This document shows, in pieces, positions 12,571 to 25,724 of a DNA stretch of 64,000 bases. The notes under the pieces were generated by a model. That model saw only the letters and a list, made by a program, of their open reading frames with translations, did not search any database and was not told the origin of the DNA. The number at the start of each line of letters is the position of its first letter. The first letter of the stretch is position 1. This DNA is from Octopus vulgaris (taxonomy: Eukaryota): contig OX597842.1 of NCBI GenBank assembly GCA_951406725.2, positions 20,026,001 to 20,090,000 of the forward strand. The letters are read 5' to 3'. Made by a program: the position numbers and the translations under genes.

Positions 12571-12792
12571 CCCTTTCATTACCATATTTCTGTTGAGATG
12601 CTCTGTGTTTCTTTCAATTAATTTTAAATATAACAAAGAATTTAGAAAAATAACTTAGTTATCATTAAGCTTGTGTTAGGAACATAAATTGTGACTAAGG
12701 TTTGGTGGAAGATTTGAATTCAAAACTTAAGAAAACAAGACATTTGTACTACAGAACTAGAGAAGGTTTCGGTCAGGTTGGTAACAAAAGGG
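12571..12792. mobile_element. piggyBac-type MITE
   Basis: TTAA on both sides (12567-12570, 12793-12796); imperfect TIRs ccctttcattacc / ggtaacaaaaggg. Confidence 0.65.
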
Positions 12793-13259
12793 TTAATGTA
12801 AAATTTGAAGAGACAGATTTAAACTTTGCACTGTTTCCGCCTCCTCCCCCTTTTTTTTTTGTTTTATCAATTACTATACAACACTAAAGCAACTGCATTT
12901 TTTGTCTCTTTCTTTCTTCTTGCTGAATGAAAACAAATACCGAATTACAGGTATTTGTATAATTGTGGCCTTCCAGGTAGAATCCTGGTTTAAACAGTCC
13001 TTATAATTTCAGAAAATTTTTGCAACACACACAAATTAATATAATTATTGAAAAGACAGCATGGTGTTTCACTTTCTGGATCATAAAATGAAATATCATC
13101 TTAATTATTAATTTAAGAGAATCAGTATCAGAAAATAGCATATCGATATATTACTGATGTTCACCTTAATTTTACGAAATAATCTTTAATATATATCTTG
13201 TGTTTTTATTACAATACAATCCAATATTTACAACAGAATCTCTTCTATTTGGACAAACC

Positions 13260-14430
13260 TTATAGTTGTGGCTTGATGCAATGGGAAGTTTCAAAAACCA
13301 ACTGGGAAATACAAACAACGAAAAGAACTTAGTTTCTGAAAGAAAAAAATAAAAGATATTATTTTTTAGAATTTTACTGAAAATGTACTGAATTTTTAAA
13401 AAATTCAAAAAGTAAAAGGGTTATGAGTGGTCATATGGGGTACTTAAATGAGAATTCCACCAAAAATCAAATTTTCAAACCAGTTTTTTTTAATAGCATA
13501 AATGCTTTAATGTGGATAAAAATATTGAAAAACATGAATACATGTTAGAATGAGGAAGAAACAAGAAAGGTGGTTGTGGGATGTGTTAGAAACAACAGGC
13601 AGATCTCCCTTAAATCACACACCTTTCTTTACTCATAACTTTCTGACAAATGGATATTAATGGATATATCGGAATTTGATGTGAAAAAGTTTTCCGAGGG
13701 TGGAGTGAAAAGTTTTGGAAAATTCACATCAGTTGGCTTTATTTCCTCATAACTTTTGGAAAAATGGATATTTCTTTAGTGGAATTTTCTACAAATATCA
13801 TTCGGATTGTGAAGGTGATGATTGAAAAACCATACATGTTAGAACCAACTGGGAAATACAAGCAAGAAAAGGAAATTAGTTTCTGTACATAAGCTGAAAT
13901 ATAAAATTTAAAAAACTATATTTTTGAATATTTCACTTGAAATGTACTGAATTTATTTTTAAATTCCAAAAAGTTAAAAAAGGTTATGAGGGGTCATATG
14001 GGGTTCTTAAACCAGAATTCTACCAAAAATCAAATTTTCAAACCAATTTGTTTTAATAGCATAAATGCTTTTATGGGGATAAAAATATTGAAATACAAGC
14101 AACAAAAGGAACTTAGTTTCTGTACATAAGCTGAAATATAAAATTTAAAAACTATATTTTTGAATATTTTACTGAAAATGTGCTGAATTTATTTTTAAAT
14201 TCCAAAAAGTTAAAAAAGGTTATGAGGGGTCATATGGGGTACTTAAACCAGAATTCTACCAAAAATCAAATTTTCAAACCAATTTTTTTAATGGTAGAAA
14301 TTGATCAGGCATGCAATATTATGATGTGTCGATCGTCAGTAGTTCTGACGATAAAAATTTGTTGTTATAATTGCATAATGCAGGATGTGAAAGAGGAAAA
14401 ATGCATGAAGTTTTAAGGAGATATTTATTT
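13260..14430. repeat. AT-rich block with internal ~240-bp repeats, partly duplicated at 16800-16940 and 17600-19075
   Basis: Recurrent ggttatgaggggtcatatggggt..ttaaaccagaattc..ccaaaaatcaaattttcaaacc; 13500-13820 matches 18740-19075. Confidence 0.75.
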
Positions 14431-14689
14431 CCCGTTAGAGAGAAAGGCATGTGTAGTGCATGAATGTGGCAGAGATAGCATTTGTGTGTGTATGAATCAA
14501 GTGTGTAGATGCATGCGCAAGGCCAGGCTGTGAAGAAAGGTGCATGCGTGTGTGTATGCAACAATACAAACATTTTCAAAGTAAACAAAAAAAAGTACAT
14601 TCAAAATATGAATAATAATAATAAAGAACATTCAAAAAGATATGCACATGAATTTAGCTGTTTTAGTGAAACGAATCGTCGAATAATTT

Positions 14690-15815
14690 GTGCAACGTGG
14701 AATGTGCTTCGTGGAATATGTGCATCGCGGAATGTGCTTTGTGGAATATGTGCAACACAGAATGTGTGCATCATGGAATATGTGCATCACAGAATGTGCT
14801 TTGTGGAATATGTGCATTGTGGAATGTGCTTCGTGGAATATGTACATCATGGAATATGTACTTCACGGAATGTGCTTCATGGAATATGTGTAACGTGGAA
14901 TGTGTGCATCGCGGAATGTGCTTCATGGAATATGTGCAACGCAGAATGTGTGCAACACAGAATGTGTGCATTATGGAATATGTGCATCACAGGATGCACT
15001 TCATGGAAGATATGCATTGCAGAATGTGCTTTGTGGAATATGTGCAATGTGGAATATATGTATTGTAGAATATGTGCATCAGGGAATGTGCTTTGTGGAA
15101 TATATGCAACGCAGAATGTGCTTCGTGGAATATGTGCATCAGGGGAATGTGCTTTGTGGAATATGTGCATCATGGAATATATGTATTGCGGAATATGTGC
15201 ATCGGGGAATGTGCTTTGTGGAATATATGCATCGCAGAATGTGCTTTGTGGAATATATGTATTGTGGAATATGTGCATCGGGGAATGTGCTTTGTGGAAT
15301 AGGTGCATTGTGGAATGCACTTCGTGGAATATATGTATTGTGGAATATATGCATCGCAGAATGTGCTTCGTGGAATATGTGCAACGTGGAATATATGTAT
15401 TGTGGAATATATGTATTGTGGAATATATGTATTGTGGAATATGTGCATAATGGAATGTGCTTTGTGGAATATATGTATTGTGAAATATGTGCATCGGGGG
15501 AATGTGCTTTGTGGAATATGTGCATCGTGGAATATATGCATCGCAGAATGTGCTTCGTGGAATATGTGCATTGCGGAATGCACTTCGTGGAATATATGCA
15601 TCGCAGAATGTGCTTCATGGAATATGTGCATCAGGGGAATGTGCTTTGTGGAATATGTGCATTGTGGAATATATGCATCGCAGAATGTGCTTCGTGGAAT
15701 ATGTGCATTGCGGAATGCGCTTCATGGAATATATGTATTGCGGAATATGTGCATCGCAGAATGTGCTTCGTGGAATATGTGCATATCGGAATGTGTGCAT
15801 CGTGGAATATGTGTA
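14690..15815. repeat. Complex minisatellite of 15-17-bp units with a GGAAT core
   Basis: Interspersed units gtggaatatgtgcatc / gtggaatatatgtatt / gcagaatgtgcttc. Confidence 0.95.
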
Positions 15816-17843
15816 ACTCGTAAACAAATGAAAGTGTGCAGTGCAAACAGAACAATAATAAAATAAGCAAAAATAACAAACTTAGCTGAAAATAGTGTCC
15901 TTTGTCTACAGCTGAAAGTGAATAGATGTGCATGCAAATGAAAAGAGTTGCTGAAAGTCTATGTGAGAGACTTACGTCCATGCAAAAGTTCACAAACCAT
16001 GCAGGGTTTGTACATCAGGATGAGACGAAAAGCGTGTGTGTGCTGAAAAGGTTGCATGTGCGGGCTTCCATATTTTCTTCCAGTTAGTTTCTTGGCATGT
16101 AAGCGAATACCTTGTGCGTCGGCTGTGCTGCATTGCAGCGAAGTGCATCGTAGATTGCATTGCAGAATAGTGCTTCCTGTAGCAGATCGATGGACGGTGC
16201 ATCATGGTGGTGTCGAAGGTTGTCATTCATTTTCCTTTGGGTTAGCGACTGTAGATGGTCCAGTTCTTTAATTCGAATCAGCATCTAGCATGAAAAGGTA
16301 TTATTTCTCTTTACACGGGTTCACCAAATTGTTGGTAACATAGATTCAGAAGGCAGCCAATCTTTTTCCACGGGCTCGCCAGTTTCATCATCATCATCAT
16401 CATCATCATCATCGTTTAACGTCTGTTTTCCATGCTAGCATGGGTTGGACGGTTCGACGGGGGATCTGGGAAGCCAGAAGGCTGCACCAGGCTCCAGTCT
16501 TATCTGGCAATGTTTCTACAGCTGGATGCCCTTCCTAACGCCAACCACTCCGTGAGTGTAGTGGGTGCCTTTTACGTGCCACCTGCACAGGTGCCAGGCG
16601 AGGCTGGCAACGGCCATGGTCGGATTGGTGTATTTTACGTGCCACCGGCACGGAAGCCAGTCGAGGCGGCGCTGGCTTGCAGTTAATCTTTGTGAAGGCT
16701 ACAATGCTCTTGTTCGGGGCCACAAGTTGTAACGGGTATATTTTTATTAGACTATTTGTAACGATGAAGTTTTTAGTTGAAGTTGAGGGTCAGTAATTGT
16801 AACGGTAGAAATTGATTAGTAAACAATATTATGATGTGTCGATTGTCAGCATTTGTGACGATGAAAATTTGTTGTTATAATTGCATACTGTAGGATGTGA
16901 AAGAGGAACAATGCATGAAGTTTTAAGGAAATATTTATTTATTGTTACATTACCAATAACTTGCATCGACGGGCAGGTTTTGAAAAATCCAAAAGCATGC
17001 AAAGTAAAGTTTGTGTTTGTGTCCTCTTCAGTGTTTAGTAGTAAATACAGAGAGAGATAGAATGATGTTGTAAGAGGACAGAATTAGAGCTAGAGAGAGT
17101 TGTAGGGTGTGGGACGTTGTCTCACAGTTGCTGACAATAAACTTCATTTATCCCTCTGAACAAGGTTCTAGCTGGTCAGCCAGACTTTGTTCTCACTGTA
17201 GTGGCTAACTTGTTGAGTTATCACCAAAGTGACTGAACTTGTTGAGTCATCACAGGAGTTGACTTACTGATTTTTGCTTGGGGTGTTCTTGCTTTTATAA
17301 CTATCCAGAAGGATAGATATATCATAGATTTAGTTGGTGGTTTTGTTATCTCTATTCTAGCTTTTGGTGAAGTAGAAGAGGTTAGAAAGGGTCAAGTAGT
17401 GAAGACATTATTTCGGCCTAGCTAAAGGCATCTGGAAAATGTAAAACTGCTGTCAGAGAAAAAAAACCATTGTTCCACCATGGGAAAAGTTTTGTTGCAG
17501 TGTTAATTTAAATTCGGCTATGGTGGATCGAATCCACTTCATGCTAGCAAGATCCACTACAAACATTTACAGCAAAATCTCTTTTATTTCAACATACCTT
17601 GTACTTATGGCTTGATGCAATGGAAATTTTCAAGAATCAACTGGAAAATACAAGCAACAAAAGGAACTTAGTTTCTCTACATAAGCTGAAATATAAAATT
17701 AAAAAACTTTAGTTTTGAATATTTTACTGAAAATGTACTGAATTTTTTTTTAATTCTAAAAAGTTAAAAAAGGTTATGAGGGGTTATATGGGGTTCTTAA
17801 ACCAGAATTCCACCAAAAATCAAATTTTCAAACCAATTTTTTT

Positions 17844-18733
17844 GGATCTTTTCCTTTTGAATGGCAGATCTCAACACAATTTCTAGTTAACTAAACACTT
17901 TTAAACTTCGTATACTGGTAGAATGTGTCAAAATAAAACATTTTTTTCTCTTGGCTTTCTTGAGAAAATTGTAATTTGTTGGTTTAACGTAGTTTAATTT
18001 TTCGAATTTTAACCAATCCTATGCTCTCTAGATTCGAAAATCATTTGCTGCGTCTAAAACTGAGACAACATCATACACACGGAAAGCGTGTGTATAAAAT
18101 TATAAAATTATTTTGTTTGTTAATTGTTTAAATTATTTTCCATTGCTTTCGGGGTTTTTTACACGCATAACAATTAAGAAAAGAATAATTAGGGTTAGTT
18201 ACAGGATGTTGTCTCAGTTTTAGATGCAGCAAATGATTTTAGTTGAATGGAGGTAATCGATTGGTTAAAATTGCCGAAATGCTCGGATTTTCAGACGAAA
18301 TATCTTACAAACTATAGAATTTTCTCAATAAAGCCAAGAAAAATGATGTTTTATAAACACATTCTACCAGTATACGAAGTTTAAAAGTGTTTAGTTACGA
18401 GGAAATTATTTTAAAAACTGCCGTTCAAACCGAAAAGATCCCAAATATCTTACAAACTATAGAATTTTCTCAATAAAGCCAAGAGAAAAGATGTTTTATA
18501 AACACATTCTACCAGTATACGAAGTTTAAAAGTGTTTAGTTACGTGGAAATTATTTTAAAAAACTGCCGTTCAAACCGAAAAGATCCCAAATATCTTACA
18601 AACTATAGAATTTTCTCAATAAAGCCAAGAGAAAAAGATGTTTTATAAACACATTCTACCAGTATACGAAGTTTAAAAGTGTTTAGTTAACTAGAAATTG
18701 TGTTGACATCCACAGTTCATAAGGAAAAGATCC
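17844..18733. mobile_element. Merlin-like non-autonomous foldback element with 8-bp TSD
   Basis: Termini ggatcttttcc...ggaaaagatcc; attttttt on both sides; paralogous empty sites at ~13470-13500 and ~14030-14062. Confidence 0.7.
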
Positions 18734-19257
18734 ATTTTTTTTAATAGCATAAATGCTTTTATGGGGACAAAAATATTGAAAAACATGAATACATGTTAGA
18801 GTGAGGAAGAAACAAGAAAGGTGGTTGTGGGATGTGTTAGAAACAACAGGCAGATCTCCCTTAAATCACACACCTTCCTTTACTCATAACTTTCTGACAA
18901 ATGGATATTAAAGGATATATTGGAATTTGTTGTGAAAAAGTTTTCCGAGGGTGGGGTGAAGAGTTTTGGAAAATTCACATCAGTTGGTTTTATTTCCTCA
19001 TAACTTTTGGAAAAATGGATATTTCTTTAGTGGAATTTTCTACAAATATCATTCGGATTGTGAAGGTGACGATTATCTCAGAATTTAATATGTAAACAAA
19101 ATTTGTGGGCTTACACACATACATAATTACATACACATCGTGAATTGAAACTTGAAATTTTGATAGGAAAATGTTATATCTGTCAGTATGTGTGTGTGTG
19201 TATGTGTGTGTGTGTGTGCAAACCTATCATATTTTTTTTCATAATAGACTTCAATAT

Positions 19258-19645
19258 TACTCTTTACTCTTTTACTTATTTCAGTCATTTGGCTGCGGCC
19301 ATGCTGGAGCACCGCCTTTAATCGAGGAAATCGACCCCCAGAACTTATTCTTTGTAAGCCCAGTACTTATTCTATCGGTCTCTTTTGCAGAACTGCTAAG
19401 TGATGGGAACGTAAACACACCAGCATCGGTTGTCAAACAATGCTAGGGGGACAAACACAGACACACAAACACACACATATATACGACAGGCTTCTTTCAG
19501 TTTCCGTCTACCAAATCCACTCACAAGGCATTGGTCGGCCCGAGGCTATAGCAGAAGACACTTACCCAAGATGCCATGCAGTGGGACTGAACCCGGAACC
19601 ATGTGGTTGGTTAGCAAGCTACTTACCACACAGCCACTCCTGCGC
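19258..19645 (-). mobile_element. Full-length OK-like SINE
   Basis: Family sequence on the minus strand. Confidence 0.85.
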
Positions 19646-20134
19646 TCATCAATTAGTTTTTTATTTTTTTAGAATAGATTTCAATATAATTGTAATCTAC
19701 AACATCTGAAGCATATTTGTTGCAAATTTCGTTTAAAAGAATATTCATTTTTCTGGACGATATGAGGAAAGAAAGGTGTATGGACGTGGGGGGGGGGGGC
19801 ACTTAAATATAATGAAATTATTGTATACAGTGCTCAGGTGCACCACAACTTGTGTAGATATGCCTTTACTTCTTTCAGCAATTTGACTGTGGCCATGCTG
19901 GAGCGTCATCTCAAAGCGATTTAGTCAAACAAATTGACCCCAGGACTTATTTTTAAGCCTAGAACTAATTGTATTGATATCTTTTTGCCGAAACACTAAA
20001 TTAGAGGGACCTTATCACATCAACACCTGCTGACAAGTGGGGACAGGATGATTAAAAAGAGACCAAAGATAAACACACACACACATAGAAACTGAAAAGA
20101 GCCTATCGTGTAAATATATATATATATATATATA

Positions 20135-20422
20135 CTAGCAGTATCGCCTGGCGTTGCTCGGGTTTGTAAGGGAAATAACTATATAAGCATTTTTAGAGAG
20201 TTATAGCCAAAAAAATAGCCAAAAAATGCATTAAAATGGAAAAAAATGATGGTAAATTTTTTTTTAAATCATAGACGCGCGCTAATACCCAGAAGGGCTT
20301 GATATGAATCATGACTATAAGATACCCGGTTTTGGTTAAACTGCACCGCAAAATGTGGGAGTAGTTAGGAATCTAAATCATAGGAGACAGACAGCACACA
20401 ACCTCTCTTTTATATATAAAGA
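20135..20422 (-). mobile_element. Non-autonomous Helitron-type element
   Basis: Minus strand starts TC(tttatatata), ends with a GC-rich hairpin (cccgagcaacgccagg) then CTAG, and lies between A and T. Confidence 0.65.
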
Positions 20423-20614
20423 TATAGTACAAAGTGAGATAGGGGTTATGAGTGTAACCCACTATGGGATATCATTTATCCAATATACTGCCAGTAAAGT
20501 ACCCAGAAAGGCTAATACATAAATGCTAAGAATTGCAATGCAATTCATTTATTGTATTATATGGGCGAAGGTAAAATGTTTTACCTCAAACTCATAATAC
20601 AAAATAAGAAAATG

Positions 20615-21080
20615 GAGGAATAGATTTCTTTCAATCATCAACTTCCAGATAATACCAATTCATATAATTTATTAACTAATTTATTAAATAGGACCATCCA
20701 AATCCAACAGAATAAGACAGAATAAAACAATATACATCTATAAGTAAGATAATACCATAAAAATAATACACATAAAATGGATCTTAAAGCTGTTTCAGCC
20801 TAGGCCTTGAGATATATATATATAAGTAACTCATTTTTAACTGCATATTACCTCAATACATCTGACTAATATGGGCATAATGAGATACCCTTATCTATAG
20901 GCTGAAACAGCTGTAAGATCCATTTTATATGTATTATTTTTATGGTATTATCTTATTGATGTATATTGTTTCATTCTGTTTTACTCTGTTGGATTTGGAT
21001 GTTCCTATTTAATTAGTTAATAAATTATATGAATTGGTATTATCTGTAAGATGATGATTGTAAGGAATCTATTCCTCCTC
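20615..21080. repeat. Long palindrome (~185-bp arms), Penelope-like remnant
   Basis: ggaggaatagatt...gctgtttcagccta is mirrored by taggctgaaacagc...aatctattcctcc. Confidence 0.75.
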
Positions 21081-21997
21081 CTCATCATCATTTAGTGTCC
21101 GCTTTCCATGCTGGCATGGGTTGGACGGTGCAACTGGGGTCTGGGAAGCCAGAAGGCTGCACCAGGCCCAGTCTGATCTGGCAATGTTTCTACAGCTGGA
21201 TGCCCTTCCTAACACCAACCACTCCATGAGTGTAGTGGGTGCTTTTTACGTGCCACCGACACGGAGGCCAGGTGAGACTGGCAACGGCCACGATCGGATG
21301 GTGCTTTTTACGTGCCACCAGCATGGAGGCCAGGCGAGGCTGGCAACGATCGGATGGTGCTTTTTACGTGCCACCAGCATGGAGGCCAGGCGAGGCTGGC
21401 AAACGGCCACGATCGGATGGTGCTTTTTACGTGCCACCAGCACGGAGGCCAGTCGGGACGGCGCTGGCAACAGCCACATTCGGATGGTTCTCTTATGTGC
21501 CACCGGCACTGGTATCACATCTACAATTTCCATTCATGTTGATCGATTTTGATTTTTGATTTTGATTTTTCTTATTTTGTATATATCTATATATATATGT
21601 ATATACACACATATACTCGTGACAGGCTTCTTTCATTTTCTTTCTACCAAATCCACTCACAAGGCTTTGAGTGCCCCATGGTTTTAGTAGCAAACACCTG
21701 ATCTAAGAGCCACGCAGTGTGACCGAACCAATGTGGCTGGAATGCAAGCTTCTTACCACACAGCCATCCTAAATCGCTTAAAGAAATAAGCTGCAAAATA
21801 AACCTAATTAACAATCTTATTCTTAATTATTTCAAGCTGTTAAAATTAATGATGATGACTGATTGAAATAACGATAATGAAATACCATAAATATCTTTTA
21901 TAAAACGTTTACATTACTTAATTGAAATAAGCTAATTAACAGTCTTATTCTTAATTATTTCAAGCGATCCATTCTAAATTAAAACTACATACACGAA

Positions 21998-22335
21998 TAG
22001 GCACAGGGGTGGCTGTGTGGTAAGTAGCTTGTTTACCAACCACATGGTTCCAGGTTCATTCCCACTGTGTGGCATCTTGGGCAAGTGTCTTCTACTATAG
22101 CCTCGGGCCAACCAAAGCCTTGTGAGTGGATTTGGTAGACGGAAACTGAAAGAAGCCTGTCGTATATATGTAGGCGTAGGAGTGGCTGTGTGGTAAGTAG
22201 CTTGTTTACCAACCACATGGTTCCGGGTTCAGTCCCACCGTGTGACACCTTGGGCAAGTGTCTTCTACCTATGGCCCCATGTTGACCAAAGCCTTGTGAG
22301 TGGATTTGGTAGACGGAAACTGAAAGAAGCCCGTC

Positions 22336-22369
<34 letters not shown>

Positions 22370-22585
22370 ATGTTTGTGTGTCTGTGTTTGTCCCCCCAAC
22401 ATAGCTTGACAACCAATGCTGGTGTGTTTATGTTCCTGTAACTTAGTGGTTCAGCAAAAGAGACCGATAGAATAAGTACTGGGCTTACAAAGAATAAGTA
22501 CTGGGGTCGATTTGCTCAACTGAAGGCGGTGCTCCAGCATGGCCTCAGTCAAATGACTGAAAGAAGTAAAAGAGTAAAAGAGAAT
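21998..22585 (+). mobile_element. OK-like SINE with two tandem heads and one body
   Basis: Heads at ~21998 and ~22171 joined by tatatatg; single 3' body. Confidence 0.8.
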
Positions 22586-22911
22586 AGGTAACATAATAAT
22601 ATTTGGCCACAAGAATTTTTAGAAGGAATTCTTAGTGGAAAGTTAGCCTTAAGGTTGAGCGTACACAATGTGTGTATGTGTGTGTGTGTGCATGCATACA
22701 TACATAAAAGCATGCGTACGTGAATTCTACACTCTATATTAAGTAGGTACAGTTCAAATGTCAAGTGGTATTATTTAGTTCTGGGAAATTTATGATGCTG
22801 AGGTGTTTAGACTTCTGACCTTTTATGTCGAACAAAGTAAATAATTTTTTGGCGACTAGCTAGCGCGGATGCGCGTGTGCGCCCGCACCGGGTCCAGTCT
22901 CCACGACTAGT

Positions 22912-23048
22912 GCCTGCCTTTCATCCTTTCGGGGTCGATAAATTAAGTACCAGTCACGCACTGGGGTCGATGTAATCGACTTAATACCTATGTCTGTTCT
23001 TGTTTGTCCCCTCTATGTTTAGCCCCTTGTGGGTAATAAAGAAATAGG
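22912..23048 (+). mobile_element. SINE 3' part with Nin/Deu-like core and Tx1-like tail (related composite at ~46250-46395)
   Basis: gcctttcatcctttcggggtcgataaattaagtaccag...tgtcccctctatgtttagccccttgtgggtaataaagaaata. Confidence 0.6.
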
Positions 23049-23149
23049 TATCATCTTAATTATAGACTAAATAGGTATCATCTTAATTATAGACTAAATA
23101 GGTATCATCTTAATCATAGACTAAATAGGTATCATCTTAATCATAGACT
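23044..23149. repeat. 27-bp tandem repeat x4
   Basis: ataggtatcatcttaa(t/c)atagactaa. Confidence 0.9.
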
Positions 23150-23276
23150 CAGCCGACAGCTGTACTCGTCCCAGATGCGATAACACGTATTCTGCGTAAC
23201 TTATGAAGTCTGACAGCTGCCGACAATGTACAAAAGCGTGCTGGACGGTTTCATCGTCCAAGTAAGTAGTCGATCC

Positions 23277-23808
23277 ATTTCAGAGCGCAAAAGGAGAAAG
23301 AGGAAAAAAAAGAAAAGACACGGAGTATGATGTGGCACCCCAGTCCAACCCCCATCGCACCCAAGACTACTCAGACCCACCCTCCCCATACAGACACCAA
23401 ACCCACCCGCCCCATTTCCCCTCAAGAAAAAAAGAAAAAGAAAGAACAGACACCACAAAATTTTGAAGACCCCGCTCCCGGTGAAAAAGGTTATGTATGC
23501 ATGACGGAGAGAATGTTATCATTAGGTGACAGTGAAAAGGGAAAAAAGGATTGGACGAGAAGAGAAAAAGGACTCAGGACCCAGAGACAGCGAGTTGTGT
23601 TACTCAGTGTGGGGTGAGTAGCACACTCTTCATAATATCATTTTCAGATATCATTCATATTATCATATTTTAATTTGTTCTTCATGTGCATTTTCATGTT
23701 CATCCATTATATCATATTTTATTTTTTAATTGTTATATGTCCCCACATGTGTTGTAGTGTCCCCTCTGTGTATTTATTGCCTTTATGGCAAATTTAATAA
23801 AATAAAGG
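23277..23808 (+). mobile_element. Retroposed 3'-UTR-like fragment with Tx1-type tail and 13-bp TSD
   Basis: aagtagtcgatcc at 23264-23276 and 23809-23821; ends gtcccctctgtgtatttattgcctttatggcaaatttaataaaataaagg. Confidence 0.7.
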
Positions 23809-24114
23809 AAGTAGTCGATCCTACATCGACCTGCGCGTATGCAAATGAGTTGATTTTACAAAATAAAATAAAAGAACTTTTTAAAGTAAGTAAATAAATT
23901 ATTTCTTAGAACAATGAATATAATTTTTTTACACAAATCAAATAAAATGTGTGTGATATATTCTTTTAGTTTTCATATTCTTCAGTTTTTAATCATGTGT
24001 GGTGTGTGTATACGCACCCATACAAATAGATATTTTATATGTGTTTATGTGTGATATATTCTTTTACTAGTTTTTAGTTTTTGGACAGCATCCATAGTAG
24101 ATACATCATTCAGG

Positions 24115-24145
<31 letters not shown>

Positions 24146-24179
24146 TGAGGGAGATAAATTAATATATATATATATATAC

Positions 24180-24465
24180 ACTGCAACATAATTTCTTTTC
24201 CTCAACAGACCCTGCCCTATTTAACATTGTCCCGAGGGAGATCAAAGAGGAAAAGGATCCCATCAACTTTAAACGGAGTCTGGATAGATTCCTTCAAAGA
24301 ATACCAGATAAGCCACCCGTAATTGGATACAACTCACCCAACAAGAACTCACTACTTGAACAAAACTTGACTCAAACAGGATTTAGATAATCCTATCAGG
24401 TGGTGCTATTAAGTTAGACATGGCCTGGACCAATCCTTGGTCGAAACATATCTAAGTTCTAAGTT
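24180..24465 (+). mobile_element. CR1-group LINE 3' end
   Basis: Translates PALFNIVPREIKEEKDPINFKRSLDRFLQRIPDKP...NSLL; short-repeat tail taagttctaagtt. Confidence 0.65.
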
Positions 24466-24628
24466 TTATATATATATATAATTGCAAACATATAAGGCAT
24501 GGCCATAATAGGACATCCGACTCACTAGAAAGAGCAGTTAAACTCCAAACCACTAATAGTTGTAATTCTGAAATGGAAAGAGAAATAAAAGGTTAAACGT
24601 TTTGGCGATCTTTCGTCTCTAGTAGACA

Positions 24629-25060
24629 TTTCCGTCGATTTCCGTAAAAAAATTTTTTTTTTTTTACATATGGGCTTGCGGGAACTTTTGAGGTAATGAG
24701 AGCGAAAGAGACTAAGAGAAAGCGATTGTATGACGAGGGAAGTTCTTTTGAAGTTACCGTGCATGACAAGCATTGATGTACATGTGTGTGTGTGTTTGAT
24801 GGGTGGGTGGGAGACAGACAGTATGTTGTGTAAGTGAAGTGCTTCTGTTAGTGTGTGTGAAGAGACAGAGAGAGTAATGTGTGAAAGAGAGAGATAACTG
24901 AATTTTTTTACTCGGTGGTATGTGTATATGTATGTATGCATGTATGTGTGTGTGTGTGTATGTATCTATGTATGTGTGTGTGTGTATGTATATTACTTCA
25001 AAAGTTCCCGCAAGCCCATATGTAAAAAAAAAGAAGTTTTTTACGGAAATCGACGGAAAG
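24629..25060. repeat. MITE-like element with ~65-bp inverted repeats
   Basis: tttccgtcgatttccgtaaaaa...acatatgggcttgcgggaacttttga and its reverse complement at ~24992-25060. Confidence 0.7.
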
Positions 25061-25119
25061 ATAGCCAAAACCCAAATCTTTTAAGAGCTTAGGGCCTCGA
25101 CGGCCCTGCCCAACATTGG

Positions 25120-25282
25120 AATTAAAAAACACTTACCCGAGAACAAGTATTCCAGTAACGACGACGTGGCATCTGCTGTCGAAGACTAAAAAGAGTGCAA
25201 AGTTCTCCACCAATAGAATTAACCACTGCAGCTTCGACGGTTGGGATGTGTGGGCGAGGGGGTACTATGTTCAAAAATAAAC
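25120..25282 (+). mobile_element. mariner transposase C-terminal remnant
   Basis: LKKHLPENKYSSNDDVASAVED...GCVGEGGYYVQK* resembles the mariner C-terminus (C...G.Y). Confidence 0.5.
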
Positions 25283-25724
25283 ATCATTTGGTCTATTACC
25301 GTCTCAATTGATTCTCGTATACATACGGACCCAAACAAGCCTATATATATATACAGAGGTGGGCAGGGTTAATCTAAAAGTTAACTCCGTTAATTCTTTG
25401 GAAAATCAACGGAAGTTACCGTTAAGGTTTATTGAACAAGAGGCATACCTACAGTTTAATACCCCACCGACTTTGTTGCCTCAAAACTTCCAAGAAGTTC
25501 ATACTTTTTAACGAAACTTTCACCAAAGGCGCATGAGTGGCTGTGTGGTAAGTAGCTTGCTTACCAATCACATGGTTCCGGGTTCATTCCCACTGCTTGA
25601 CACATTGGGCAAGTGTCTTCCACGGGTCGACCAAAGCATTGTGAGTGGATTTGGTAGATAAAAACAGAACAGGCACACACACACACGAACAAGCACGCAC
25701 ACACTATGGAAATTACACGGAATC

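Noticed and set aside
14509-15993. Cys-rich 313/307-aa ORFs as keratin- or metallothionein-like proteins
   Set aside because: Open in several frames on both strands, with unit lengths that shift frame; a satellite artefact
15990-16380. Possible transposase fragment on the minus strand
   Set aside because: Coding-like composition, but no motif I can assign with confidence
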